From a virus (Duplodnaviria; Caudoviricetes): DNA of 59,474 nt. Below the pieces are notes generated by a model. It saw nothing but the letters and a program-made list of their open reading frames with translations. It searched no databases and had not been told where the DNA came from. A program made the translations under genes and the position numbers. The stretch is taken from positions 1 through 59,474 of IMG/VR virus record IMGVR_UViG_3300044940_000380, one strand, 5' to 3'. This document shows, piece after piece, positions 20,010 through 28,494 of the stretch. Within the stretch, counting starts at the first letter, position 1, and every line of letters begins with the position of its first letter.

Positions 20010-20825
20010 ATGGAAACGAAAGTTCAAATTCAAAAATCAGATGCTCGCACCAAAATTCTTCAGCGCGTTTTGAACCTTCGAGCTCTTGCTGAAAATTCTG
20101 CTGCTTCAGAAGCAGAAGTAAATACGGCCATTACCATGGCTATGAAGCTTATGAATAGCTATAATATTGAAGAAGCAGAACTTGCTCTTGCCGAAGCTTC
20201 TGGTGAAATCAAACTTGATGTAATCACCAAAAATATTAGTTCTACTATTTTTAAAGGTTCTAAACAGAAACACAAGATCGTTAATTGTCTCCCAGCAATT
20301 CAAAAATTTACGGAAACTAGATGTGTTTTTGACATTTATACCGGAGCAATTATTTTTACTGGTCATCGCCCCGATGTAGAACTTGCAGATTTTCTTGTTG
20401 CTGTGATCAAGGAAGCTCTTGATCGTGAATATAATAATTATCGTACTTCTAATCCCGTCGTTGGGTATGGTGCAAAAACTGCCTTTCAACATGCAATGGC
20501 ATCGAGAATTTCACATCGTCTTTTTGAAATGGCTAAACAGCGTGATAAAGAACGCGAATACAACAAAAAAGAAGCAAAAAGAATGATGATTGAAAATTCC
20601 GCTACTGCTTCTTCGACTGCATTGGTGATTGCTGATATTGCTAATCAGAAAGCAAAAATGGTTTCAGAAGAATTTAGTAAAGCTCATCCCATTATTCGAA
20701 AATTTTCTAAAACCCTTACTCGAATTGATAATGTAAACGCCTTTAGTGCCGGGCGAGCGGCTGGAGATAAAGTAAATCTTGGTCGCGCAATTAATCAAAC
20801 ATCTAAAAAAGCAATTACATCTTAA
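20010..20825 (+). CDS. DUF2786-domain protein
   Basis: KI..L.ALA...EAE..A..A.KLM..YNI N-terminus; G.AAG..V.L C-terminus. Confidence 0.7.
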   Translation: METKVQIQKSDARTKILQRVLNLRALAENSAASEAEVNTAITMAMKLMNSYNIEEAELALAEASGEIKLDVITKNISSTIFKGSKQKHKIVNCLPAIQKFTETRCVFDIYTGAIIFTGHRPDVELADFLVAVIKEALDREYNNYRTSNPVVGYGAKTAFQHAMASRISHRLFEMAKQRDKEREYNKKEAKRMMIENSATASSTALVIADIANQKAKMVSEEFSKAHPIIRKFSKTLTRIDNVNAFSAGRAAGDKVNLGRAINQTSKKAITS

Positions 20826-20884
20826 GAATTGACAAATTTCATCTTTTTTAATATATTATCTTTATATATGAAAGGATGAATTAA

Positions 20885-21334
20885 ATGCTTCATATGATCG
20901 AAACTCGAGGATGGGAAACAAACACTGCATGGTGTGTTCCAACTGCAATCAGTTTTCTTACTGGTATTCCTCTTATTCATTCTCATTCTCGAGCAGCATT
21001 CATTCAAAATAAGAAACTTAATGAAGTTTCTAAAGTATATGCTGCAGAAGCACTTTTGATGCTTCGTGAACAGGGTTATAAAGGTGAACAAATTAAACTC
21101 ATTGATAAGTATTCGAAACCTCCTATTTTGAAAGTATTTTTGGCAAATAGAACATCATATGAATATTGTATGCCTTTGATGATTCAAATTGAAGATTCAA
21201 ACAAGTTTTGTCACATGATTACTGCACATTATGATTTTGCTGCTGATAATTATACTATGAAACCCGTGCCAATCAAACAATTCCCTCATATGAATAAATA
21301 TGTCACTAGTGCGTGGGTTGTAAGTAAATTGTAA
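20885..21334 (+). CDS. Hypothetical protein
   Basis: Promoter 20829-20857, AAGGA RBS; WCVP motif. Confidence 0.7.
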   Translation: MLHMIETRGWETNTAWCVPTAISFLTGIPLIHSHSRAAFIQNKKLNEVSKVYAAEALLMLREQGYKGEQIKLIDKYSKPPILKVFLANRTSYEYCMPLMIQIEDSNKFCHMITAHYDFAADNYTMKPVPIKQFPHMNKYVTSAWVVSKL

Positions 21335-21655
21335 AGAATTTTCAAATATGCAAACATTAGAAATAATTGTTAATATGTAAATAAATACAAAAATATCTTT
21401 ATGTCTTTTAATAAAAACTTAAATAATTTCAATCGTTTTTATTATGATGACAATTTGTTTTCTTCAAGTTTTGTATTTTTTGAAAATTTCTAAACAATAT
21501 AATAAGCGATAAATATTTGTTAAATTAATTATGCCTAATGATATTAATGAATATATTTCTATATTTGAAAATTTTGATATATTGATTATGATAAAAACAC
21601 AAACTTCTTTAAAATGATAACATAGTTTTATTTCAATTTAAAAAGGAGAGTAAAA

Positions 21656-21832
21656 ATGGCCACTATTGAAAAATACGCAAAATGGTGTTTAATGCTCATT
21701 GAAGGAAATGATTACATTGTTGATGAAATTTACGAAGCACTTTATGAAGATGGATTTATTGATGAAAATCAAAAATGGAATAATAATGAAGATGAATATG
21801 AAGATGAAGAGTCAATGGGCAATCGATACTAA
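21656..21832 (+). CDS. Small acidic protein (58 aa) absent from ORF track
   Basis: AAGGAG RBS; MATIEKYAKWCLML... Confidence 0.65.
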   Translation: MATIEKYAKWCLMLIEGNDYIVDEIYEALYEDGFIDENQKWNNNEDEYEDEESMGNRY

Positions 21833-21870
21833 AGCATCAATCAATTGTTGACTATTAAAATATCTTTGTA

Positions 21871-21947
21871 TTCCGTGTTAGTTCAGTTGGTAAAGTAAGT
21901 GGTTGTTAACCACTGGGTCATAGGTTTGAGTCCGTCTATAGAATCCA
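21871..21947 (+). pseudogene. Degenerate tRNA-Asn(GTT)
   Basis: Anticodon arm AGTGG-TTGTTAA-CCACT intact and CCA end, but D, T and acceptor stems mispaired. Confidence 0.6.
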
Positions 21948-21998
21948 AAATTAAAATCGGTGTAACTTATTAGTAAAACATTGATTGAATTATTTTAT

Positions 21999-22517
21999 TT
22001 AAAATTCATTTGTGGTTCTTGGAATATTGTTTGGACTCATGATTGGAAGTTTTATATTTGGATTTGGAAATGAAGTTGGCCATCTAGTTGCTAAAAGTCT
22101 GTTTTTTGCAATTCTAGATATGTTTACAGAATTCGATTGATTCCCACCAAGAACATAATAGTCTGTTGAATCTTCACCTACTAAAAATCCTACGTGGCCG
22201 CCTTCATTTCGAGAAAAAACTGCTATAGCCCCATAAACTGGAACCGTTGGAACACCAAAATGAATCCAATTTCTGGCCCAGTATGGATTCTTTGCTAATT
22301 CACCAGTGAAAGTTTCATTTGGTAATGATTTTTTAATGGCAGTTTCAACATAATCGCCACACCAAGGAAGTGCTTTTGGATCTCCAAGTGTTTTTCCATC
22401 GCTTTTTAACCAAGCTTTTAATTCTGCATTATTGTTAATCTCGTGTAATCCAAAAACTTTTTTACCTTCTACTATCCAAGGTAATTCAGTTTCTTTCTTT
22501 TTGAATAATCCAAACAT
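21999..22517 (-). CDS. TIGR02594-family NlpC/P60-like peptidoglycan hydrolase
   Basis: PWCG.YV, ARNW, GGHVGF, VLGGNQSN.V. Confidence 0.85.
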   Translation of the reverse strand: MFGLFKKKETELPWIVEGKKVFGLHEINNNAELKAWLKSDGKTLGDPKALPWCGDYVETAIKKSLPNETFTGELAKNPYWARNWIHFGVPTVPVYGAIAVFSRNEGGHVGFLVGEDSTDYYVLGGNQSNSVNISRIAKNRLLATRWPTSFPNPNIKLPIMSPNNIPRTTNEF

Positions 22518-22789
22518 ATTATTTCCTTTTATTGTTAAATCTATACATATATATATTTATCAAAATAAAGAAATCATCTATAAGTAATAAACAACAATTT
22601 TTTGAGTTTGAATAAATTTTCATTGATAAAATTTACTATTTTAGAATCAAATATGTTTTGGATTTTCTTATAATTATGGTTTATTATTGAATTAAAATAA
22701 TTTAATTCATTTATTTTGAAAAAATGTGTTGACATTAACCTAAAAATATTGTATTTCTTAATTACAAAGTAAGAATCGAGAATGGACTC

Positions 22790-22963
22790 ATGATCTACGC
22801 TGTCTATGATACTCAATTCGATACTCTGGATAGCCTCAAGGGGCTCAAAATTATCAATCATCTTGATGCTGTCTATGATGATTTTGATTCAATGCTGAAT
22901 GATTGGGCAGATCATATTATGGCCGGTACTCATGTCTTCTTTGTTCTTTTGGACGACAAATAA
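22790..22963 (+). CDS. Small protein (57 aa) absent from ORF track
   Basis: TTGACA promoter at 22729, GGA RBS, hairpin terminator near 22990-23020. Confidence 0.6.
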   Translation: MIYAVYDTQFDTLDSLKGLKIINHLDAVYDDFDSMLNDWADHIMAGTHVFFVLLDDK

Positions 22964-23243
22964 TTTATAACAAAAATAGAAATTTAAGAAACTATCATGC
23001 TAATTTAGCAGATAGTTTTTTATGAATATTACGAAATTACAAAAATAAATAAAAAAAATGAATAACAATCATTATATAGAATTAATTAATATTTTTTCTA
23101 AACACTATATCATTTTCTGTTGACATTCATCAAAAATAGTATATACTGATATTCGAAGAAAACGGTTGATGAATAAGTTTGAATGAAAATGATGAATTTT
23201 TAATGAATTAAATTAACTTATGCGATTTATATTTAAGATTTTT

Positions 23244-23321
23244 GGGTCTCTGGTGTAATCGGTTAACACACTCGCCTCATAAGCGATGAGATTCGCGGTT
23301 CGAATCCGCGGAGACCTACCA
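23244..23321 (+). tRNA. tRNA with CAT anticodon (elongator Met or Ile2)
   Basis: Acceptor GGGTCTC/GAGACCT, loop CTCATAA, GGTTCGAATCC, CCA; lacks initiator features. Confidence 0.85.
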
Positions 23322-23336
23322 AAGTAATTTAGTATT

Positions 23337-23370
23337 GCTTACTTACTTCAGTTGGATAGAGCAAGTGCCT
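23337..23370 (+). pseudogene. 5' half remnant of a tRNA (Arg-like D arm)
   Basis: CAGTTGGATAGAGCAAGTGCCT then abrupt AT-rich sequence. Confidence 0.4.
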
Positions 23371-23405
23371 AAATTTAAATAAATAAATTAAAGATGATTT
23401 TTGAT

Positions 23406-23484
23406 GGGCCCGTAGCTCAGCTGGATTTAGAGCAGAGAACTTCTAATTCTCAGGTCGTAGGTTCGAGTCCTACCGGGTTCGCCA
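23406..23484 (+). tRNA. tRNA-Arg(TCT)
   Basis: Canonical cloverleaf; GAGAA-CTTCTAA-TTCTC; GGTTCGAGTCC; CCA. Confidence 0.95.
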
Positions 23485-23813
23485 TAAACCATCTTTGATT
23501 TAAAAGAGATTTTTTATATCAGGTCTACAAGTATTGTAAAAAAGAATTTAGTAAAAAGGATATAGCTAATCATAGCAGATGGTGTGATTTTAATCATCAA
23601 CAAACAATTATGCTAAAACATAGATCATTTGTTGACCTTCCAGAGTATGATAGATACCTCGATTCTAAAAACAAACGTGCTATAAAAGTCCAAGAAAATA
23701 AACTAAAAATGTTGTTGACACGACATAAAAACATTGATATATTTGATTCACTTGAAGGTTATAGAACTTTTACTATTGAAGATTAGAATTTCTTAGGAAG
23801 CGCCAAGTTTAAT

Positions 23814-23972
23814 CGTCCTAGTACCCGGGGCGATAGAGAAAGCCTGTCTCTTTACGCGGGTTTTTCTTGAGTGGGAATTAACCCATAATTAGTAAAGATA
23901 CGGTTACGCTGCCGCTCGGCGTAACAAGAGATCAATGCACACTGAGTTATTCGGGGTGTATAGGGGCGGCCA
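23814..23972 (+). ncRNA. Putative structured ncRNA ending in CCA
   Basis: GC-rich island with several hairpins; promoter 23715-23743; 5' CGTCCT can pair with 3' GGGGCG before G-CCA. Confidence 0.55.
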
Positions 23973-23979
23973 TATTTTT

Positions 23980-24058
23980 GGGGAATGGGACTGCTTGTGG
24001 TGGTCACCGAGTTTGCACCTCGGACATCAGGTGGGTTAGAATCCCACATTCTCCACCA
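23980..24058 (+). tRNA. Atypical tRNA-Ala(TGC)
   Basis: Acceptor GGGGAAT/ATTCTCC with G3:U70; CCGAG-TTTGCAC-CTCGG; CCA; non-canonical position 8, D loop and T loop. Confidence 0.8.
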
Positions 24059-24290
24059 AAAAACAAAAGATTGATCGTAGCAAAATAAAAAAGAAATTAG
24101 AAATTCAAAAGTTAATAAACTTAATGATATATTTGACAAATAACTCATAATATTTTATCATAGTAGAAAAAAGATCAATAGTTTTATCATGATCATTTGT
24201 TGACTGTCGATATGTTAAATTTTGTTGTTGACATTCATCTGTGAATATGATATATATTATATAGAAAATAAAAAAACTGCTTTTTGACAA

Positions 24291-24451
24291 TATAATGGCA
24301 CTGGCATAAAACGCACCGATGAGCTGGCTGTCGTAAACCCAGTGCTTTTATAAGTCTCTCGGATCTATTGGTTCGACATTTTTTCTGACAGTAACCCTGC
24401 CGACAAACTGGTTGTGGTAAACTCAGAAAAAGAAACCAAAGATCCGAGAGA
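24291..24451 (+). ncRNA. Putative ncRNA: two hairpins each capped by a related 34-nt loop motif
   Basis: GCACTGG/CCAGTGC and TCTCTCGGATCT/AGATCCGAGAGA stems; promoter 24228-24256. Confidence 0.65.
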
Positions 24452-24517
24452 AGCTAAAAAATACTATCTCAAATATATTTAATATTAACTAAAGAGCATT
24501 AATCATATTTAAATTTT

Positions 24518-24595
24518 GCCCTGATGGTGAAATTGGTAAACACAACGGACTTAAAATCCGTCTTTTTGTGGGTTCGAGTCCCACTCAGGGTACCA
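24518..24595 (+). tRNA. tRNA-Leu(TAA)
   Basis: GCCCTGA/TCAGGGT, ACGGA-CTTAAAA-TCCGT, GGTTCGAGTCC, CCA; short variable region. Confidence 0.9.
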
Positions 24596-24601
24596 ATAAT
24601 T

Positions 24602-24675
24602 GCGGGTGTGATGTAATGGTAGCTTCTCAGCCTTCCAAGCTGATGGTACGGGTTCGATTCCCGTCACCCGCTCCA
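24602..24675 (+). tRNA. tRNA-Gly(TCC)
   Basis: GCGGGTG/CACCCGC, TCAGC-CTTCCAA-GCTGA, U73, CCA. Confidence 0.95.
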
Positions 24676-24743
24676 AGTTAATATAATTTATTTAAGCTTC
24701 TACAACGAAATTGATATACGTAACAAATTCAAATTAAATATTT

Positions 24744-24820
24744 TTCCGCCTTAGCTTAGTTGGCAGAGCAAGTAGCTGTTAATCACTGAGTCGTAGGTTC
24801 AAGCCATACAGACGAAACCT
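24744..24820 (+). pseudogene. Degenerate tRNA-Asn(GTT), second copy
   Basis: TAGCTTAGTTGGCAGAGC D arm, CTGTTAA loop, GGTTCAAG; stems broken, no CCA. Confidence 0.55.
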
Positions 24821-25291
24821 ATTTTGATTTAAACTTTGTCATTCAACCAAATTTATCAATTAAATCAGATTTTACTTTTTGAATAAAAGTTTATAATAAT
24901 TCTTATAATATGATAAAATTGTAGACACATAAACTTAAAGCATTTGTAATGAAAATCATAGAAGTTTGAATTTATCTATAAGTATCAATATTTCATTAAT
25001 AATTTTTTTTACATTTTTTTATTGTAAAAAATAGAAATATTGTTAATAATATTTTTGAATGGTGAATAAGATATTTAATCTTATTCGCCTTGTTTATATT
25101 ATTGTTTTGATTAATTTACATATAAAATAAATAAACAAAAAATGATATCAAAAATAATATTGATTACAAAGAAAATTATTTCTTAAATTTTAAGAAAAAC
25201 TCATTAATAACTTTTAATATAAAATGCTTTAAAAGTAAAAAACTTTAATTCATAATATCAAAAAATTCATTATTTATAGGAGATATTTTAA

Positions 25292-26308
25292 ATGATTGTT
25301 TCAAATCAATTTATTTTTGAACAACTAATCGATGAACAAAGAAAAAACTTTTCTCATGTATGTATGACCGATAAAGCTCGTGCTGACACTGATCATTTTT
25401 TTGGTAAAGATAATGATATTGTTTACGGTGAGATTTCAAATGACGCTGGACATATAGAACACAAGAGTGAAATTCATCGCGCTGTAGAAAGACATATTGG
25501 TCAAAAAATTCATCAAGATGATTATAATTGTGGCATAATAAAAGATAAATATGGCCGAGATATTAATATTGTACATCTAATTAAAGATGAAAAATTAAAG
25601 AATGAATTTTTGTTAGATAATACACGCAAAAATTCAAAAAAAGATAGTCTATTTAAGACGACAACTGTTCGTGGTATTAAAATAATAGACAAAACAAACA
25701 ATGTGGAAGATTTACATCATTCAAAAGAATATTCGCAACATCAACTAAATTCTATGAGCTTCAATAATGGATTAGATGCACGACAATATTTAGAAAATGA
25801 AATCCGTCACGGAACTGTAGTTCATCGTGTTCATGATCATGCCGGTCAAGAAATTTATCATGCTACATTGCAACCTTATCATAATGATCAAGGTCATGTA
25901 GCCTATGATGTTGATTCAGAATATGGAATCAATCATCCGGTCTTTACAAAGACCGCTGTTGAAGTTGCAAAAAGGCTATCTGGCGAATACAAACCTGGTT
26001 TATTTAAGAAACATCCAGATGTATATAGTGAAAATGAAAAAGAATATATTCTTCATCCAAATGCAACAGCAGAACATTTACATAAAGCACTCAATGATAA
26101 AAACAAGAGCGTAAGAATTGCAGCTGCTAGACATCCAAATTTGAATTCAGATCATTTACATAAAGCATTAAATGATAAAAATTGGACTGTAAGAGCAATT
26201 GCTGCAAGCCATCCAAATGCAAATGCAGAACATTTACATAAAGCATTAAATGATGAAAATGCTTATGTAAGAGAAGCAGCAGCAAGAAATCCTAATTATA
26301 ATAAATAA
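25292..26308 (+). CDS. His-rich HEAT/LRV-like repeat protein, paralog 1 (3 repeats; 4th cut off by stop)
   Basis: MTDKARADTDHFFG N-domain; 26-aa HPNANAEHLHKALND..VR.AA repeats. Confidence 0.85.
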   Translation: MIVSNQFIFEQLIDEQRKNFSHVCMTDKARADTDHFFGKDNDIVYGEISNDAGHIEHKSEIHRAVERHIGQKIHQDDYNCGIIKDKYGRDINIVHLIKDEKLKNEFLLDNTRKNSKKDSLFKTTTVRGIKIIDKTNNVEDLHHSKEYSQHQLNSMSFNNGLDARQYLENEIRHGTVVHRVHDHAGQEIYHATLQPYHNDQGHVAYDVDSEYGINHPVFTKTAVEVAKRLSGEYKPGLFKKHPDVYSENEKEYILHPNATAEHLHKALNDKNKSVRIAAARHPNLNSDHLHKALNDKNWTVRAIAASHPNANAEHLHKALNDENAYVREAAARNPNYNK

Positions 26309-26395
26309 TAATATCATTTAAAAAGAATATTGAATGATGAAAATAAAAAAGTAAGAAAAATTACAAAGAAAAAAACTATAAAAGGGGTATTTTAA

Positions 26396-27589
26396 ATGAT
26401 TACTTTAAAAAAATTTCTTACCGAATATCTAACTGAAGATCAAAAAAAGAGTTTTGCTGATGTATCAATGACTGATAAAGCAAGAGCTGATACAGATCAT
26501 TTCTTTGGTAAAGGAAATGATATAATTCATGGTGAAATTTCAACTCATTTTACAGGAAGAGGATTAAGAAAAAATTCATTCAAGACTTCAACCGCTCGTG
26601 GTACTAAAATAATTGACAAAACAAACAACACGGAAGATTTACATCATTCAGGATTAAATAAACGACAATATTTAAAAAATGAAATTCGTCATGGAACAGT
26701 CGTTTATCGTGTTCATGATCATGCCGGTCATGAAATTTATCATGCTACATTGCAACCTTATCATAATTATCAGGGTCATGTAGCCTATAATGTTGATTCA
26801 GAATATGGAGTCAATCATCCGATTTTTACAAAGAAAGCTTTTGAAGTTGCAAAAAAGCTATCTGGTGAATACAAACCTGGTGTATTTAAGAAACATCCAG
26901 ATGTATATAGTGAAAATGAAAAAGAATATATTCTTCATCCAAATGCAAATATAGAACATTTACATAAATCATTGAATAGTAGAAATATTGATGAAAGGTT
27001 AGCAGCAGCTGCTCATCCAAATTTAAGTTCAGTTCATTTACATAAAGCTTTAGAAGATGAAGATAGTCATGTAAGATATGTTGCTACATTACATCCAAAT
27101 TTGAGTTCAGATCATTTACATAAAGCATTAAACGATAAAGATTGGACTGTAAGAGCAAATGCAGCAAGCCATCCAAATGCAGCCGCAGAACATCTACATA
27201 AAGCATTGAATGATAAAGATGAAAGAGTAAGAGAAGCAGTAGCAAAAAATATAAATGTAAATGCAGAACATTTACATAAAGCATTGAATGATGAAGATGT
27301 CTTTGTAAGAAAAGCAGCTGCAAGTAATCCAAACGCAAATCCCGAACATTTGAATAAAGCATTGAATGATAAAGATAAAAGAATAAGAGAAGCAGCAGCA
27401 AGTCATCCAAATGCAAATGCTGAAAATTTGTATAAAGCATTAAATGATGAAGATATCTTTATAAGAAAAATAGCAGCAAAACACCCAAACGCAAACACAG
27501 AAAATTTACATAAAGCATTGAATGATAAAAATAAAAGAGTAAGAGAATCAGTAAAAAGAAATCCTAACTATAAGATGTATTTTCAATGA
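26396..27589 (+). CDS. HEAT/LRV-like repeat protein, paralog 2 (8 repeats, N-domain with deletions)
   Basis: Same N-domain and repeats. Confidence 0.85.
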   Translation: MITLKKFLTEYLTEDQKKSFADVSMTDKARADTDHFFGKGNDIIHGEISTHFTGRGLRKNSFKTSTARGTKIIDKTNNTEDLHHSGLNKRQYLKNEIRHGTVVYRVHDHAGHEIYHATLQPYHNYQGHVAYNVDSEYGVNHPIFTKKAFEVAKKLSGEYKPGVFKKHPDVYSENEKEYILHPNANIEHLHKSLNSRNIDERLAAAAHPNLSSVHLHKALEDEDSHVRYVATLHPNLSSDHLHKALNDKDWTVRANAASHPNAAAEHLHKALNDKDERVREAVAKNINVNAEHLHKALNDEDVFVRKAAASNPNANPEHLNKALNDKDKRIREAAASHPNANAENLYKALNDEDIFIRKIAAKHPNANTENLHKALNDKNKRVRESVKRNPNYKMYFQ

Positions 27590-28494
27590 TTAGGTTCAAA
27601 TAATTTTTTCTTGAATACTTAATTGATGAATAGTGAAATCGTTTTCCTCATGTATCTATGACAGATAAAGCGCGCGCTGATAGCGCGCGCTAATTACTCA
27701 TCATTTCTTTGGAAAAGGAAATGATATTGTTCATGGAGAAATTACTCATGATGCAGTGCATAATGAACACAAAAGTGAAGTACATCATGCTATTGAAAGA
27801 CATTTTGGTCAATAAATTCATCATGATGATTATCGCCGTGGAATTATTAAAGACAAATATGGACGGGACGTGAAGATCGGTCGACTTATCAAAGATGAAA
27901 AATTAAGAAATGCATTCGCTTCTGATTCTACAAGAGAAGGGTCAAGAAAAGGTAATACATTCAAGATGACAACTGTTCGTGGTATCGATGTTGCTGGTAA
28001 GACAAACAATACACCAGATCCACATTATCCAAAAGGACATTCATGCGCTCAATTGAGTTTTAAAAATGTAGACACCGGTTCAAATTGTCATTATCTAGAA
28101 CACGAAATTCGTCATGGAACTATCGCTCGATAAAGTTTATGATCATATAGGTCATGAAATCTATCGAGCTAAATTGCAGCCACATCATAACGAATATGGT
28201 CATGTTGCCTATGTTGTTGATTCAGAATATGGAATCAAACATCCTGCTTTTACGAAGAGCTCTCATGAAGTAGTAAAGAAATTATCTGGTAAATATAAAT
28301 CTGGCGTTTTCAAAAAATATAACGCTGAACATCTACATAAAGCACTGAATGATAAAGATAAAAGAATAAAACAAGCAGCAGCAAAAAATCTAAATGCTAA
28401 TAAATATCATTTAGAAAGAGCATTGAATGATGAAAATGAAAGAATAAGAAAAGCTGCAAAGGAAAATCCAAATTATAGGAAATATTTTAAATGA
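27586..28494 (+). pseudogene. HEAT/LRV-like repeat paralog 3, disrupted
   Basis: MIRFK*FFLEYLIDE**NRF start, short insertion near 27680, further stop near 27812, frameshift near 28130; fragments 27870..28133 and 28114..28494. Confidence 0.85.

Noticed and set aside
23814-24058. tmRNA or RNase P RNA
   Set aside because: The Ala-type acceptor closes a complete 79-nt tRNA with an anticodon arm; no tag ORF and no GAGGAAAGTCC RNase P motif seen
23852-24290. Minus-strand ORFs over the tRNA region, and other antisense ORFs such as 27084, 30534, 20106, 48653 and 52522
   Set aside because: They lie antisense to tRNAs or well-supported genes and lack RBS or motifs
24305-24422. Hammerhead (CCGATGAG) or twister (TAACCCTGCC) ribozyme
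   Set aside because: The hammerhead core CUGANGA..GAAA and the twister 3' elements are not present; only fragments resemble them
24821-25290. AT-rich gap as a replication origin
   Set aside because: No iterons or distinctive structure; similar AT-rich gaps occur elsewhere in the window
27586-27900. In-frame stops plus a TCA-anticodon remnant suggesting stop-codon recoding
   Set aside because: All three stop types and frameshifts occur in this one paralog; core genes are intact in code 11 and some end in TGA; the TCA tRNA is broken
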